64,000 nucleotides of DNA, taken from positions 5,918 to 69,917 of the forward strand of contig JBEGOY010000056.1 in NCBI GenBank assembly GCA_041181745.1. Direction: 5' to 3'. The position numbers and the translations under genes were made by a program. This document shows, one piece after another, positions 20,564 to 28,955 of this stretch. Source of the DNA: Actinomycetota bacterium (lineage in GTDB: Bacteria > Actinomycetota > Actinomycetes > Actinomycetales > Microbacteriaceae). How positions within the stretch are numbered: the first letter of the stretch is position 1; each line of letters begins with the position of its first letter. The notes beneath the pieces were generated by a model. That model made no database searches and was not told where the DNA came from. It was given only the letters and a program-made list of their open reading frames with translations.

Positions 20564-21150
20564 CGGTTTTGGTTAAGCCCGATCGCAGTGACCCCAGCTG
20601 GCAGATTTGGAAAACCCGACATAATGCAAACTAAATCTTGCCAAGCTTCTAGGTGGGCAGCCGCGTCGGTATTCGTCGGTGACCATGATGCTCGGATTTC
20701 CAGTTCGGCGTGGTCGCTTTGGCCGCTAAGCGAACCATAGCCCGAAGAGATGATTCGAGTCGCCGTTCCGGCAGCGGCGGTGTTGGCCGCGGCGCGGTTA
20801 TCCAGGGCTTCGGTCAACCAAGCCCAGGCGACATCAGAGATTTGTTCGTCGGCACCAATGTTTGTCTCGAGTGGCGATTTTGCAAAACAAATGACTCGAA
20901 AGCGAGAATGCCAGGCCTCGGGCTCGTTCGGTTCCCAAAGCAATACAAATCGTCCAGTGCCGGCATCCGAGGCAACATCATTTGCGGCGGCGTCTACGTT
21001 TGCAGAAAATGCAATGGCGTGGGTGGCAAGTTTGCTAGGTGCATCAATTTGCTCAAGCAGCAACTCTTCGCGAATCGAAGCTGAGCGCAACGAATCAAGC
21101 GCTAGGCGAAATTCAGCCGACGCGTTTGCTGGGGTCTCAAACTCGATCAT
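20560..21150 (-). CDS. DUF3000 family protein
   Basis: GTGRFVLL, VAWAWL and ELEIRASWSP. Upstream of rnd as in other actinobacteria. Confidence 0.85.
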   Translation of the reverse strand: MIEFETPANASAEFRLALDSLRSASIREELLLEQIDAPSKLATHAIAFSANVDAAANDVASDAGTGRFVLLWEPNEPEAWHSRFRVICFAKSPLETNIGADEQISDVAWAWLTEALDNRAAANTAAAGTATRIISSGYGSLSGQSDHAELEIRASWSPTNTDAAAHLEAWQDLVCIMSGFPNLPAGVTAIGLNQNR

Positions 21151-21200
21151 TGAAAATAAGGCTAAATGGCCCTTGCTTCAGGCAACAGTTGCCACGCCGT

Positions 21201-21743
21201 TTAGGGGCGGTGCCACTCTGTTACCAGGTTGGGCCCATCCTGAAACGTATTTAGCAAGCGCCAGCTGGTGTTGAATCCCAGATTCTGCAGTGCGTGTTGA
21301 GTCAAACCACCTGGCGTCTGGGTGCCAACAAGGGTCAACCAAATGGTTATCGGTTGGTCGGTTTGCTCAATGTTTTTCAAGATAGAGGGGCCGCCTTCAT
21401 AGAAGAAGACTTCATGTCCTTCGGTCTTCAGCTGCTGGGTTAGCTGGTCGAAAATTGGGGGAGCGAACCTAAGCACTTTGCCAAGGTTCGAATCGGGTAT
21501 TGATCCCGACGCGCTCAAAATATATATCGGCGCGTAACTAACCTTTGTATATTTTTCACTTCGCACCGTGGCACCAGTAGTCACAATGGCATCTGCGCTT
21601 TTGCGAAGTCGCAAAAAGGTTTCGCGGTCATTTGAATTTGAAAGTTCGCTTGAACTTCCGTTTGCATCAATGTAATTGCCAGACCAGTCGCAAACAAAAA
21701 GCGCATTCCACCCTGGCTTTAATCGCAGCGGAAATTCAGTCAA
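21201..21743 (-). CDS. Divergent RibD C-terminal / dihydrofolate-reductase-like protein
   Basis: DRETFLRLRKSADAIVTTGATVRSEKY and EGGP motifs. Confidence 0.7.
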   Translation of the reverse strand: MTEFPLRLKPGWNALFVCDWSGNYIDANGSSSELSNSNDRETFLRLRKSADAIVTTGATVRSEKYTKVSYAPIYILSASGSIPDSNLGKVLRFAPPIFDQLTQQLKTEGHEVFFYEGGPSILKNIEQTDQPITIWLTLVGTQTPGGLTQHALQNLGFNTSWRLLNTFQDGPNLVTEWHRP

Positions 21744-22177
21744 CGCTTGGCTCGCTTTTCACGAACCTGGCGTTTAATGCGACCTAACATTGCCCGCATT
21801 CCACGCATCCGCAGTGGTGAAACGGCTTCGGAGAGACCAATGCGGGAAGGAAAGTCGTCGTCTACCCCCAAGACTTCGTCTGCGCTGTGGCCGTCCAAGG
21901 CTTCTTGCAAAATGCTTGCGAAACCGCGTGTGGTCGGTGCTTCGGCGGGAGCCGTGAAGAACAAATGCACTTTATCGGCTTCATCAACCTCCACAAAGAG
22001 GTAGACGGGCGACTGGCATTCTTCAACTCGCTCTAGCAAATCTGGGTGATCTGCATATCGCTCAGGCAGTTGCGGCAATTTCTCTGAAAACTCGAGCAGC
22101 AAATTCAACCGGTCTTTAATGCCGATTGAATTGAAGTCTTCGATTAGCTCTTCAATCGAGTTGTTAGCTGTGCTCAA
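21740..22177 (-). CDS. sufE: SufE family sulfur acceptor
   Basis: ECQSP, EAPTTRGFA and SPLRMRG. Confidence 0.9.
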   Translation of the reverse strand: MSTANNSIEELIEDFNSIGIKDRLNLLLEFSEKLPQLPERYADHPDLLERVEECQSPVYLFVEVDEADKVHLFFTAPAEAPTTRGFASILQEALDGHSADEVLGVDDDFPSRIGLSEAVSPLRMRGMRAMLGRIKRQVREKRAKR

Positions 22178-22179
22178 AG

Positions 22180-23082
22180 TTATGCCGCAGCCGGAGCCGC
22201 ACCGGGTTCGGCGCCCTTAACGATTGGAACTCCAACCAAGCTTCCCCACTCAGTCCATGATCCGTCGTAGTTGCGCACATTGCTGAAGCCCAACAAGAAA
22301 TTCAAAGCAAACCAGGTGTGGCTTGATCGCTCACCAATACGGCAGTAAGCAATTACGTTATCGCCGGGCTTTAGACCTGCCTCATCGAGGTATACCTTTT
22401 CTAGTTCGGCGCGTGACTTATAAGCGTGGTCTTCGCCAACTGCGCGAGACCAAGGCACTGATTTTGCACTCGGGATGTGTCCACCGCGAAGAGCGCCCTC
22501 GTCTGGGTAGGCAGGCATATGGGTGCGCTCGCCGGTGTATTCCTCTGGAGAACGCACGTCAATCATTGGATTGCCAAAGTGCTTCAAAACATCGTCTCGA
22601 AAGGCGCGGTATTGAGAGTCGTTTCGCTTAACAACCGGATACTCCGCGGGTGTGATGGCTGGCTCGGCTTTGGTAAGTTCGCGACCCTCAGCAATCCACT
22701 TATCGCGTCCGCCATCCAATAGGCGCACATCGGTGTGGCCGAAAAGCTTAAATACCCAAAGTGCATAGGAGCTCCACCAGTTGCTCTTGTCACCATAAAG
22801 CACAACAGTCGTGTCGCGTGAAATGCCTTTGCTGCCAAGCAGTTTGGCGAACGCCTCGTCTGACACATAATCGCGAGTCACTGGGTCATTTAGGTCTGTG
22901 TGCCAGTCGATCTTCACCGAAGTTGGGATGTGACCGGTCTCATAAAGCAAAACGTCTTCGTCGGACTCCACAACAACAAGACCTTCGCGGCCAAGATTAG
23001 AGGCGAGCCATTCGGTCGAAACAAGTACTTCAGGGTGGGCATACTCAGAGAATTTTGGATTTGAATCGAACTCGATAGTCAT
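22180..23082 (-). CDS. sseA: Thiosulfate/3-mercaptopyruvate sulfurtransferase (SseA-like tandem rhodanese)
   Basis: LVSTEWL, GHIP, active site YCRIGERS and YDGSWTEW. Start reassigned to MTIEFD. Confidence 0.9.
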   Translation of the reverse strand: MTIEFDSNPKFSEYAHPEVLVSTEWLASNLGREGLVVVESDEDVLLYETGHIPTSVKIDWHTDLNDPVTRDYVSDEAFAKLLGSKGISRDTTVVLYGDKSNWWSSYALWVFKLFGHTDVRLLDGGRDKWIAEGRELTKAEPAITPAEYPVVKRNDSQYRAFRDDVLKHFGNPMIDVRSPEEYTGERTHMPAYPDEGALRGGHIPSAKSVPWSRAVGEDHAYKSRAELEKVYLDEAGLKPGDNVIAYCRIGERSSHTWFALNFLLGFSNVRNYDGSWTEWGSLVGVPIVKGAEPGAAPAAA

Positions 23083-23174
23083 CTGTGAGGCTGCAACTTT
23101 CTGGTTGATTAGACTGCATGTATCTGTATCAAGCCTATTTCGCGACAAAGGCTTTCCCAAACGCAAGGTAACAA

Positions 23175-24176
23175 TTGGCCATAGACACCAGTAGCTTCGG
23201 TTCATTGATTTCTCAGAACCCGAAAAGTTCGATCTCAGAGTTGCTTGCAGATTTAGTGCCCCCTCGCGAATTTTCATCGGCAAGCTTCGACAACTACAAG
23301 CCTCATGCAGAATTTGAGAGCCAGGCCAAGGCGATTCAGAAGTCGCAGAACTTTGCTGCAGGAAAGACCGAGCGCAAACTATTCAGCAAATCGGCCCCGG
23401 CGCCAGCAGGCATTTACCTGGATGGTGGTTTCGGCGTAGGCAAGACCCACCTGCTGGCTTCTATTTGGCATGGTTTCAAAGGTGCCAAAGCGTTCGGAAG
23501 CTTCATTGCATACACCAGCTTGATTGGCGCCCTTGGATTTGCTCAGGCAGTCGAAGCGTTATCTAAATTCCAGTTGATCTGCATCGATGAGTTCGAACTC
23601 GATGACCCCGGTGACACCATGATGATGTCGCGACTTTTGAATGAACTCGAAGCCAAGGGAGTGCGATTCGCCGCTACTTCAAATACTCCGCCAAATGCGC
23701 TTGGCGAGGGCCGGTTTGCGGCTTCTGACTTTCAAAGAGAGATTCATGGCATTTCGGAACGTTTTGAAATGCTCCGAATCGATGGCGAGGATTATCGTCA
23801 CCGCCCGGTTGATGTTGAGAGCCGCACCTTTACCGAGCCTCAGCTAGAAGAGTGGTTAGCCGCGGGCAACGCGGGGCAAACATCCGTGGATGACTTTGAA
23901 CGCTTTTTGATGCATCTCTCGACAATTCACCCCTCGCGCTATGGACGACTTTTGCAGGGCTTCACGAGAGTGGCTTTTAAGCACGTGTACCAGTTGAGCG
24001 ATCAGGTCGATGCGCTGCGGTTTGTGGCCTTTGTTGACCGTGCCTACGAGGCCCAAATTGAGTTGCGCGGCACCGGAACCTCACTGACTGAGGTCTTTTC
24101 AGCTGAGTACCTGGGCGGCGGTTTTCGAAAGAAATACCTGCGCGCGGTTTCACGACTCGGTGCAATGACCGAATAA
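23175..24176 (+). CDS. zapE: Cell division ATPase ZapE (AFG1 family)
   Basis: [26 protein letters not shown] and GEDYR. Start uncertain. Confidence 0.88.
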   Translation: MAIDTSSFGSLISQNPKSSISELLADLVPPREFSSASFDNYKPHAEFESQAKAIQKSQNFAAGKTERKLFSKSAPAPAGIYLDGGFGVGKTHLLASIWHGFKGAKAFGSFIAYTSLIGALGFAQAVEALSKFQLICIDEFELDDPGDTMMMSRLLNELEAKGVRFAATSNTPPNALGEGRFAASDFQREIHGISERFEMLRIDGEDYRHRPVDVESRTFTEPQLEEWLAAGNAGQTSVDDFERFLMHLSTIHPSRYGRLLQGFTRVAFKHVYQLSDQVDALRFVAFVDRAYEAQIELRGTGTSLTEVFSAEYLGGGFRKKYLRAVSRLGAMTE

Positions 24177-24190
24177 TTCGGTTTTCACGT

Positions 24191-24223
24191 TTTACAAACA
24201 CGAAACATTTCGGGTGTCGAAAC
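24191..24223 (+). promoter_or_regulatory. Candidate GlnR box upstream of amt
   Basis: TTTAC-n6-GAAAC (24191-24206) plus a further GAAAC (24219-24223), resembling the actinobacterial gTnAc-n6-GaAAc consensus. Confidence 0.5.
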
Positions 24224-24302
24224 GAAATCTTTGTAGCCCAAACTCTCTTTATAGCCAAGACGCGCTTGGCTTCGATTTGTTTTCTTAGAGAGAGGTAAAC
24301 AA

Positions 24303-25571
24303 ATGGATCAGGGAAATACCGCCTTTGTTCTAATTTCAGCAGCCCTAGTGTTGCTAATGACCCCGGGCTTGGCATTCTTCTATGGAGGAATGGTTAAGGC
24401 CAAGAGCGTTGTCAGCATGATGATGCTTAGCTTCGGATCGCTTGGTCTAATCGCTGTGCTTTGGGTGCTTTATGGTTATGCCATTTCGTTCTCAAACGGC
24501 GGTACACCAGGATTCGTAGGAATTGACGGTTGGTTTGGAATCGACACTTCTTACCTCGGTCTATCGGCGCAGGTTGCCGATGCAGCAGCGCCAACCGGTG
24601 CATTCCCTTCTATGGCTTTCGTGGCCTTCCAAGCAACATTTGCCATCATCACTGTTGCCTTGATTTCAGGTGCAATTGCTGACCGTGCCAAGTTTGGCGC
24701 TTGGATGGTTTTCGCAGGACTTTGGGCGACCATCGTTTATTTCCCAGTCGCTAACTGGGTATTCAACTTCACACTTGCAGACGGCAAGGTCGTTGACGGT
24801 GGTTGGATTGTCTATGGCCTCGGCGTAATTGACTTCGCTGGTGGAACCGCAGTTCACATCAATGCTGGTGCGGCCGGTCTAGCTCTGGCAATTGTTCTTG
24901 GCAAGCGATTCGGTTTCAGCAAGGGAATCACGCAGCCTCACAACGTGCCTTTGACTCTTCTTGGTGTTGCATTGCTCTGGTTCGGTTGGTTCGGATTCAA
25001 CGCTGGTTCAGAACTAGCCGCAGATGGAATCGCATCTATCGCTTTCATCAACACTCTTGCAGCTCCGGCAGCGGCGATGCTCGGCTGGATCTTGGTAGAA
25101 AAGATCAAGCACGGCAAGGCAACTTCAATCGGTGCAGGTTCTGGTGCGGTAGCTGGTCTGGTTGCAATTACACCGGCCTGTGCTTCGCTTGACCCAGTGT
25201 GGGCAATTGTTCTAGGTCTATTGGCCGGTATGTTGTGTGCCCTCGCGATTGACCTGAAGTTCGCCCTAGGCTTCGATGACTCACTTGACGTTGTGGGCAT
25301 CCACTTGGTTGGTGGAATCGTTGGAACCTTGTACATCGGTATCTTCGGAAACGGTGTTGGTGCGGCATTTGGTTACGGTTGGCACCAGTTTGCGATGCAA
25401 GCTCTGGGTGCCGCAGCGGTATTGGTTTACAGCTTCGTCATGGCGTTGATCATCGGGTTTATTGTTGAAAAGACAATTGGTTTCCGAGTCAAAGCCCAAG
25501 ACGAGATTGCCGGCATCGACACTGTGGTTCACGGTGAAGAGGCTTATGCATTCGGTGCAGACCGCGGATAA
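24303..25571 (+). CDS. amtB: Ammonium transporter (twin-His type)
   Basis: MTPGLAFFYGG, FQATFA, DFAGGTAVH, WFGWFGFNAGS, DDSLDVVGIH and HGEEAY. Confidence 0.95.
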   Translation: MDQGNTAFVLISAALVLLMTPGLAFFYGGMVKAKSVVSMMMLSFGSLGLIAVLWVLYGYAISFSNGGTPGFVGIDGWFGIDTSYLGLSAQVADAAAPTGAFPSMAFVAFQATFAIITVALISGAIADRAKFGAWMVFAGLWATIVYFPVANWVFNFTLADGKVVDGGWIVYGLGVIDFAGGTAVHINAGAAGLALAIVLGKRFGFSKGITQPHNVPLTLLGVALLWFGWFGFNAGSELAADGIASIAFINTLAAPAAAMLGWILVEKIKHGKATSIGAGSGAVAGLVAITPACASLDPVWAIVLGLLAGMLCALAIDLKFALGFDDSLDVVGIHLVGGIVGTLYIGIFGNGVGAAFGYGWHQFAMQALGAAAVLVYSFVMALIIGFIVEKTIGFRVKAQDEIAGIDTVVHGEEAYAFGADRG

Positions 25572-25587
25572 CTAAACAGCAACACCC

Positions 25588-25619
25588 AAAGGGAGAGGTC
25601 CGAAGGGGCCTCTCCTTTT
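25588..25619 (+). terminator. Intrinsic terminator between the two amt genes
   Basis: GGGAGAGGTCC-GAAG-GGGCCTCTCC followed by TTTT. Confidence 0.65.
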
Positions 25620-25644
25620 GGTGCGTTCGAAAGAAAGGCAACAC

Positions 25645-26922
25645 ATGGTTCATCAGAACACCACAATGTTCTTGATCATCTGCTCGGCGTTAGTGCTATT
25701 CATGACGCCGGGTTTGGCGTTTTTCTATGGCGGCCTAGTGCGCGCTTCGAGCGTTGTTTCAATGATGATGATGAGTTTCGGTTCTCTCGGACTCGTTGGG
25801 TTGATGTGGGTTGTCTTTGGCTATGCAATGTCATTTTCAAATGCCGGCCACGGATCATTCATTGGCATAGACGGTGTTTTCGGCCTGGACATTAACAAAC
25901 TTTTTCTTGCCGATGTGATTGCCGAAGCTAAAGCGGGGGACGGATTCAATCTTGCGTTCTCAGGCTTTCAGGGCACATTCGCAATCATCACAGTTGCTTT
26001 GATCTCAGGCGCTATAGCCGACCGAGCACGATTTGGTTCTTGGATGCTCTTCGCAGCTATTTGGGCCACTCTGGTTTATTTTCCAGTTGCGAGTTGGATC
26101 TTCAATTTCCAGGTAGCCGACGGAAAAATTATCGATGGTGGTTGGCTTGTCAAAGATATCGGCGTTATGGACTTCGCCGGTGGAACCGTAGTTGAAATTG
26201 CCTCGGGAGCCTCAGCGCTTGCACTTGCATTGGTGCTGGGAAAGCGCTTTGGATTCACAAAGGGGATGCACGCTCCTCACAACGTTCCGCTAACGCTCAT
26301 CGGTGTAGCTATTCTTTGGTTCGGCTGGTTTGGATTCAACGCCGGTTCAGAATTAGCCGCCGATGGAATTGCTTCTCTAGCTTTCATTAATACACTCGCA
26401 GCTCCAGTAGGTGCGATGATCACCTGGGTAATTTATGAAAAGGTGATGCATGGCAAGCCAACTTCGATTGGAGCCGGTTCGGGCGCAATCGCCGGCTTGG
26501 TTGCCATCACGCCTTCTTGTGCCTACCTAGAGCCGATCTGGGCGTTGCTGCTAGGCGCCATTGTTGGTGTTGTTTGCGCCATGGCCATTGAGTTGAAATA
26601 TCAACTCGGCTTTGATGACTCGTTGGATGTTGTTGGTATTCACCTTGTGGGTGGCCTAGTCGGCACAATTTACATCGGCTTATTAGGAGACAAGGTTGGA
26701 TTGTTCTTTGGCTACGGTCCAGACCAATTGCTGAAGCAGTTATTTGGTGCCCTTGTAGTGATGATTTTTGCGTTTGTTTTGTCTTATGCAATCGGCTGGA
26801 CAATCCAAAAAACCATCGGCTTCCGAGTCACCAGCACCGATGAAATTGCCGGAGTGGACAACGTTCTCCACGGCGAAAATGCTTATTCGGAAACTGATCC
26901 ACGGTGGTCTTGGAAAGGCTAA
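25645..26922 (+). CDS. amt: Second ammonium transporter paralog (Glu-His type)
   Basis: Same Amt motifs but DFAGGTVVEIASG. Start at MVHQN after AAAGG. Confidence 0.93.
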   Translation: MVHQNTTMFLIICSALVLFMTPGLAFFYGGLVRASSVVSMMMMSFGSLGLVGLMWVVFGYAMSFSNAGHGSFIGIDGVFGLDINKLFLADVIAEAKAGDGFNLAFSGFQGTFAIITVALISGAIADRARFGSWMLFAAIWATLVYFPVASWIFNFQVADGKIIDGGWLVKDIGVMDFAGGTVVEIASGASALALALVLGKRFGFTKGMHAPHNVPLTLIGVAILWFGWFGFNAGSELAADGIASLAFINTLAAPVGAMITWVIYEKVMHGKPTSIGAGSGAIAGLVAITPSCAYLEPIWALLLGAIVGVVCAMAIELKYQLGFDDSLDVVGIHLVGGLVGTIYIGLLGDKVGLFFGYGPDQLLKQLFGALVVMIFAFVLSYAIGWTIQKTIGFRVTSTDEIAGVDNVLHGENAYSETDPRWSWKG

Positions 26923-26993
26923 CCCGCCCTTAGATAAGTTTGCGAAGGTCGTTTTTTTCGGTTAGAGTAGGCAAGTTCTGTTTTGCAGAACAT

Positions 26994-27066
26994 GCGGATG
27001 TGGCTCAGTTGGTAGAGCACAACCTTGCCAAGGTTGGGGTCGCGAGTTCGAATCTCGTCATCCGCT
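26994..27066 (+). tRNA. tRNA-Gly(GCC), CCA not encoded
   Basis: GCGGATG/CATCCGC acceptor stem, CAACC-TT-GCC-AA-GGTTG anticodon arm, TTCGAAT T-loop. Confidence 0.96.
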
Positions 27067-27095
27067 CGCAGTAGGGCGTAAGCCTCGCAAAGCAT

Positions 27096-27173
27096 GGTGG
27101 AGTGGCTGAGCGGCCCAAAGCAACAGCCTGCAAAGCTGTAAACCCACGGGTTCAAATCCCGTCTCCACCTCCA
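27096..27173 (+). tRNA. tRNA-Cys(GCA)
   Basis: GGTGGAG/CTCCACC acceptor, ACAGC-CT-GCA-AA-GCTGT anticodon arm, TTCAAAT T-loop, U73 and CCA. Confidence 0.95.
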
Positions 27174-27184
27174 GAAATACGCAC

Positions 27185-27259
27185 GGTCGATTGGCGCAGC
27201 GGTAGCGCACTTCCTTGACATGGAAGGGGTCACTGGTTCGATCCCAGTATCGACCACCA
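27185..27259 (+). tRNA. tRNA-Val(GAC)
   Basis: GGTCGAT/ATCGACC acceptor, CTTCC-TT-GAC-AT-GGAAG anticodon arm, TTCGATC T-loop, ACCA end. Confidence 0.96.
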
Positions 27260-27408
27260 AAGTTTTTCCGAACCAGTGACCGAAAGTCTGCTGTTGCAGA
27301 CTTTCCTATTTCGATCCCAGTATCGACCACCAAAGTTTTTCCGAACCAGTGACCGAAAGTCTGCTGTCGCAAACTTTCCTATTTCGATCCCAGTATCGAC
27401 CACCAAAG
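27237..27408 (+). repeat. 73-bp-period tandem repeat carrying three copies of the tRNA-Val 3' end
   Basis: TTCGATCCCAGTATCGACCACCAAAG at 27237, 27310 and 27383. The two 47-bp intervening segments differ at 2 positions. Confidence 0.95.
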
Positions 27409-27447
27409 AAAAAGTCCCGAAACCAACGGTTTCGGGATTTCCTATTT
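27409..27447. terminator. Probable bidirectional terminator between the tRNA cluster and convergent mqo
   Basis: AAAAAG-TCCCGAAACC-AAC-GGTTTCGGGA-TTTCCTATTT. Confidence 0.75.
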
Positions 27448-27452
27448 GAGTT

Positions 27453-28928
27453 CTAGTTGATTCCCAGAATCTTCGCAGTAGTGGCAAGCGATTCCGCAGC
27501 CTTCACCGGGTCGGCCGAAAGCTTTGTGCCAAAACTTGGAATGATGACCTTGAGGTCTTTTGACCATTTCTTAAATTCTTTTGCGAAACTGCGTTCTAGC
27601 ACCTGAAGCATCACATAGACAGCGGTAGATGCGCCCGGTGATGCACCGAGCAAACCAGAGATAGAACCATCCGCAGATGTAATTACTTCAGTGCCAAACT
27701 GCAGCACTCCGCCTTTGGCTGCATCTTTCTTGATCACCTGAGCGCGTTGACCGGCGTTGAGCAATTGCCAGTCTTTAGCGTTCGCGTTAGGCACGAATTC
27801 TCGAAGAGATTCAAATTTCTTTGACTTCGTTTTCAAGAGTTCGCCAATCAAGTATTTGATCAAGCCAAAGTTGCTGAGAGCTACAGAGATGTATGGAATG
27901 AGATTGGCTGGTCTAAGCGAGGCAGGAAGATCTAGCAGCGAACCATTTTTCAAAAACTTTGGATTAGCGGTTGCGTATGGGCCAAACAGCAAGCTGGTTT
28001 TGCCATCCACTACACGGGTGTCAAGGTGAGGCACAGACATTGGGGGAGCACCAACCGAAGCTTGGCTGTAAACCTTAGCCTTGTGCTGCTTAACCAATGT
28101 CGGGTTGTCGGTGCGCAGCCACTGGCCGCCAACCGGGAAGGTTCCATAGCCCTTAGCTTCTGATATTCCAGATTTCTGCAACAACTTCAGAGCCCATCCG
28201 CCGGCCCCCACAAAAACAAATTTTGCATTCACATATTTGTTGCGGGTCGTCTTCAAATCCAAAGCGGCAACATTCCAACTGCCATCATCATTGCGCTGCA
28301 AATCCTTTACCTCATGCGAGGCGTGAAGTTTTGCTCCGTTTGCAGTTAGCCAGGCAAAGAGCTGGTTGGTGATCGAGCCAAAATCTACGTCAGTGCCAGA
28401 TTCAATGCGAGTAGCTGCAATTGGTTCACCCGGCTTGCGGCCGGCAATCAAAAGTGGAGCCCAGTGCTCAATGACTTTTGAGTCGGTGCTGAATTGCATG
28501 CCGGCAAAAAGTGGTTGATTTTTTAGAGCTTCAAATCTGCGTGAAAGGTAGTCGACATCTTTTTCACCGCGAACAAAAGTCATGTGCGGTGTTGCGTTGA
28601 TGAAATCGGGGTTCTTGAGAATTCCCTGCTCAACAAGGTATGCCCAAAACTGTCGGCTCAGTTGAAACTGCTCGTTGATCTCAACGGCTTTTGCTGCGCT
28701 TGGCAGGCTGCCGTCGTTTGAATCTGGCATGTAGTTGAGTTCGCAAAGTGCAGCGTGTCCGGTTCCGGCATTGTTCCACGCGTTAGAGCTTTCAAGCGCA
28801 GTAGCTTCTAGACGTTCAAAAATTTGAATTTCGAGTTTTGGATTTAGCAACTTCAGAAATGTTGCCAAAGTGGCACTCATGATGCCACCGCCAATAAGAA
28901 CGACGTCGATTGCCTTTGGTTTACTCAC
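27453..28928 (-). CDS. mqo: Malate:quinone oxidoreductase
   Basis: IGGGIMSATL, NNAGTGHAALCELNY, PPMSVPHLDTR, AGQRAQ and LGASPGAS. Confidence 0.96.
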   Translation of the reverse strand: MSKPKAIDVVLIGGGIMSATLATFLKLLNPKLEIQIFERLEATALESSNAWNNAGTGHAALCELNYMPDSNDGSLPSAAKAVEINEQFQLSRQFWAYLVEQGILKNPDFINATPHMTFVRGEKDVDYLSRRFEALKNQPLFAGMQFSTDSKVIEHWAPLLIAGRKPGEPIAATRIESGTDVDFGSITNQLFAWLTANGAKLHASHEVKDLQRNDDGSWNVAALDLKTTRNKYVNAKFVFVGAGGWALKLLQKSGISEAKGYGTFPVGGQWLRTDNPTLVKQHKAKVYSQASVGAPPMSVPHLDTRVVDGKTSLLFGPYATANPKFLKNGSLLDLPASLRPANLIPYISVALSNFGLIKYLIGELLKTKSKKFESLREFVPNANAKDWQLLNAGQRAQVIKKDAAKGGVLQFGTEVITSADGSISGLLGASPGASTAVYVMLQVLERSFAKEFKKWSKDLKVIIPSFGTKLSADPVKAAESLATTAKILGIN

Positions 28929-28955
28929 TAGGCAAGCATAACTTTCGAATAGAAC

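Noticed and set aside
23083-23283. N-terminal extension of the sulfurtransferase overlapping zapE
   Set aside because: An artefact of longest-ORF calling; homology begins near MTIEFD at 23082.
27237-27408. CRISPR-like geometry (26-bp repeats with 47-bp spacers)
   Set aside because: The repeat is the tRNA-Val 3' end, the two spacers are near-identical, and there are no cas genes in the window.
27260-27452. Integrated prophage or genomic island at tRNA-Val
   Set aside because: There is no integrase or cargo; core gene mqo follows immediately.
26919-27487. Minus-strand ORFs of 113, 104 and 85 aa
   Set aside because: They are antisense translations of the tRNA genes and the tandem repeat.
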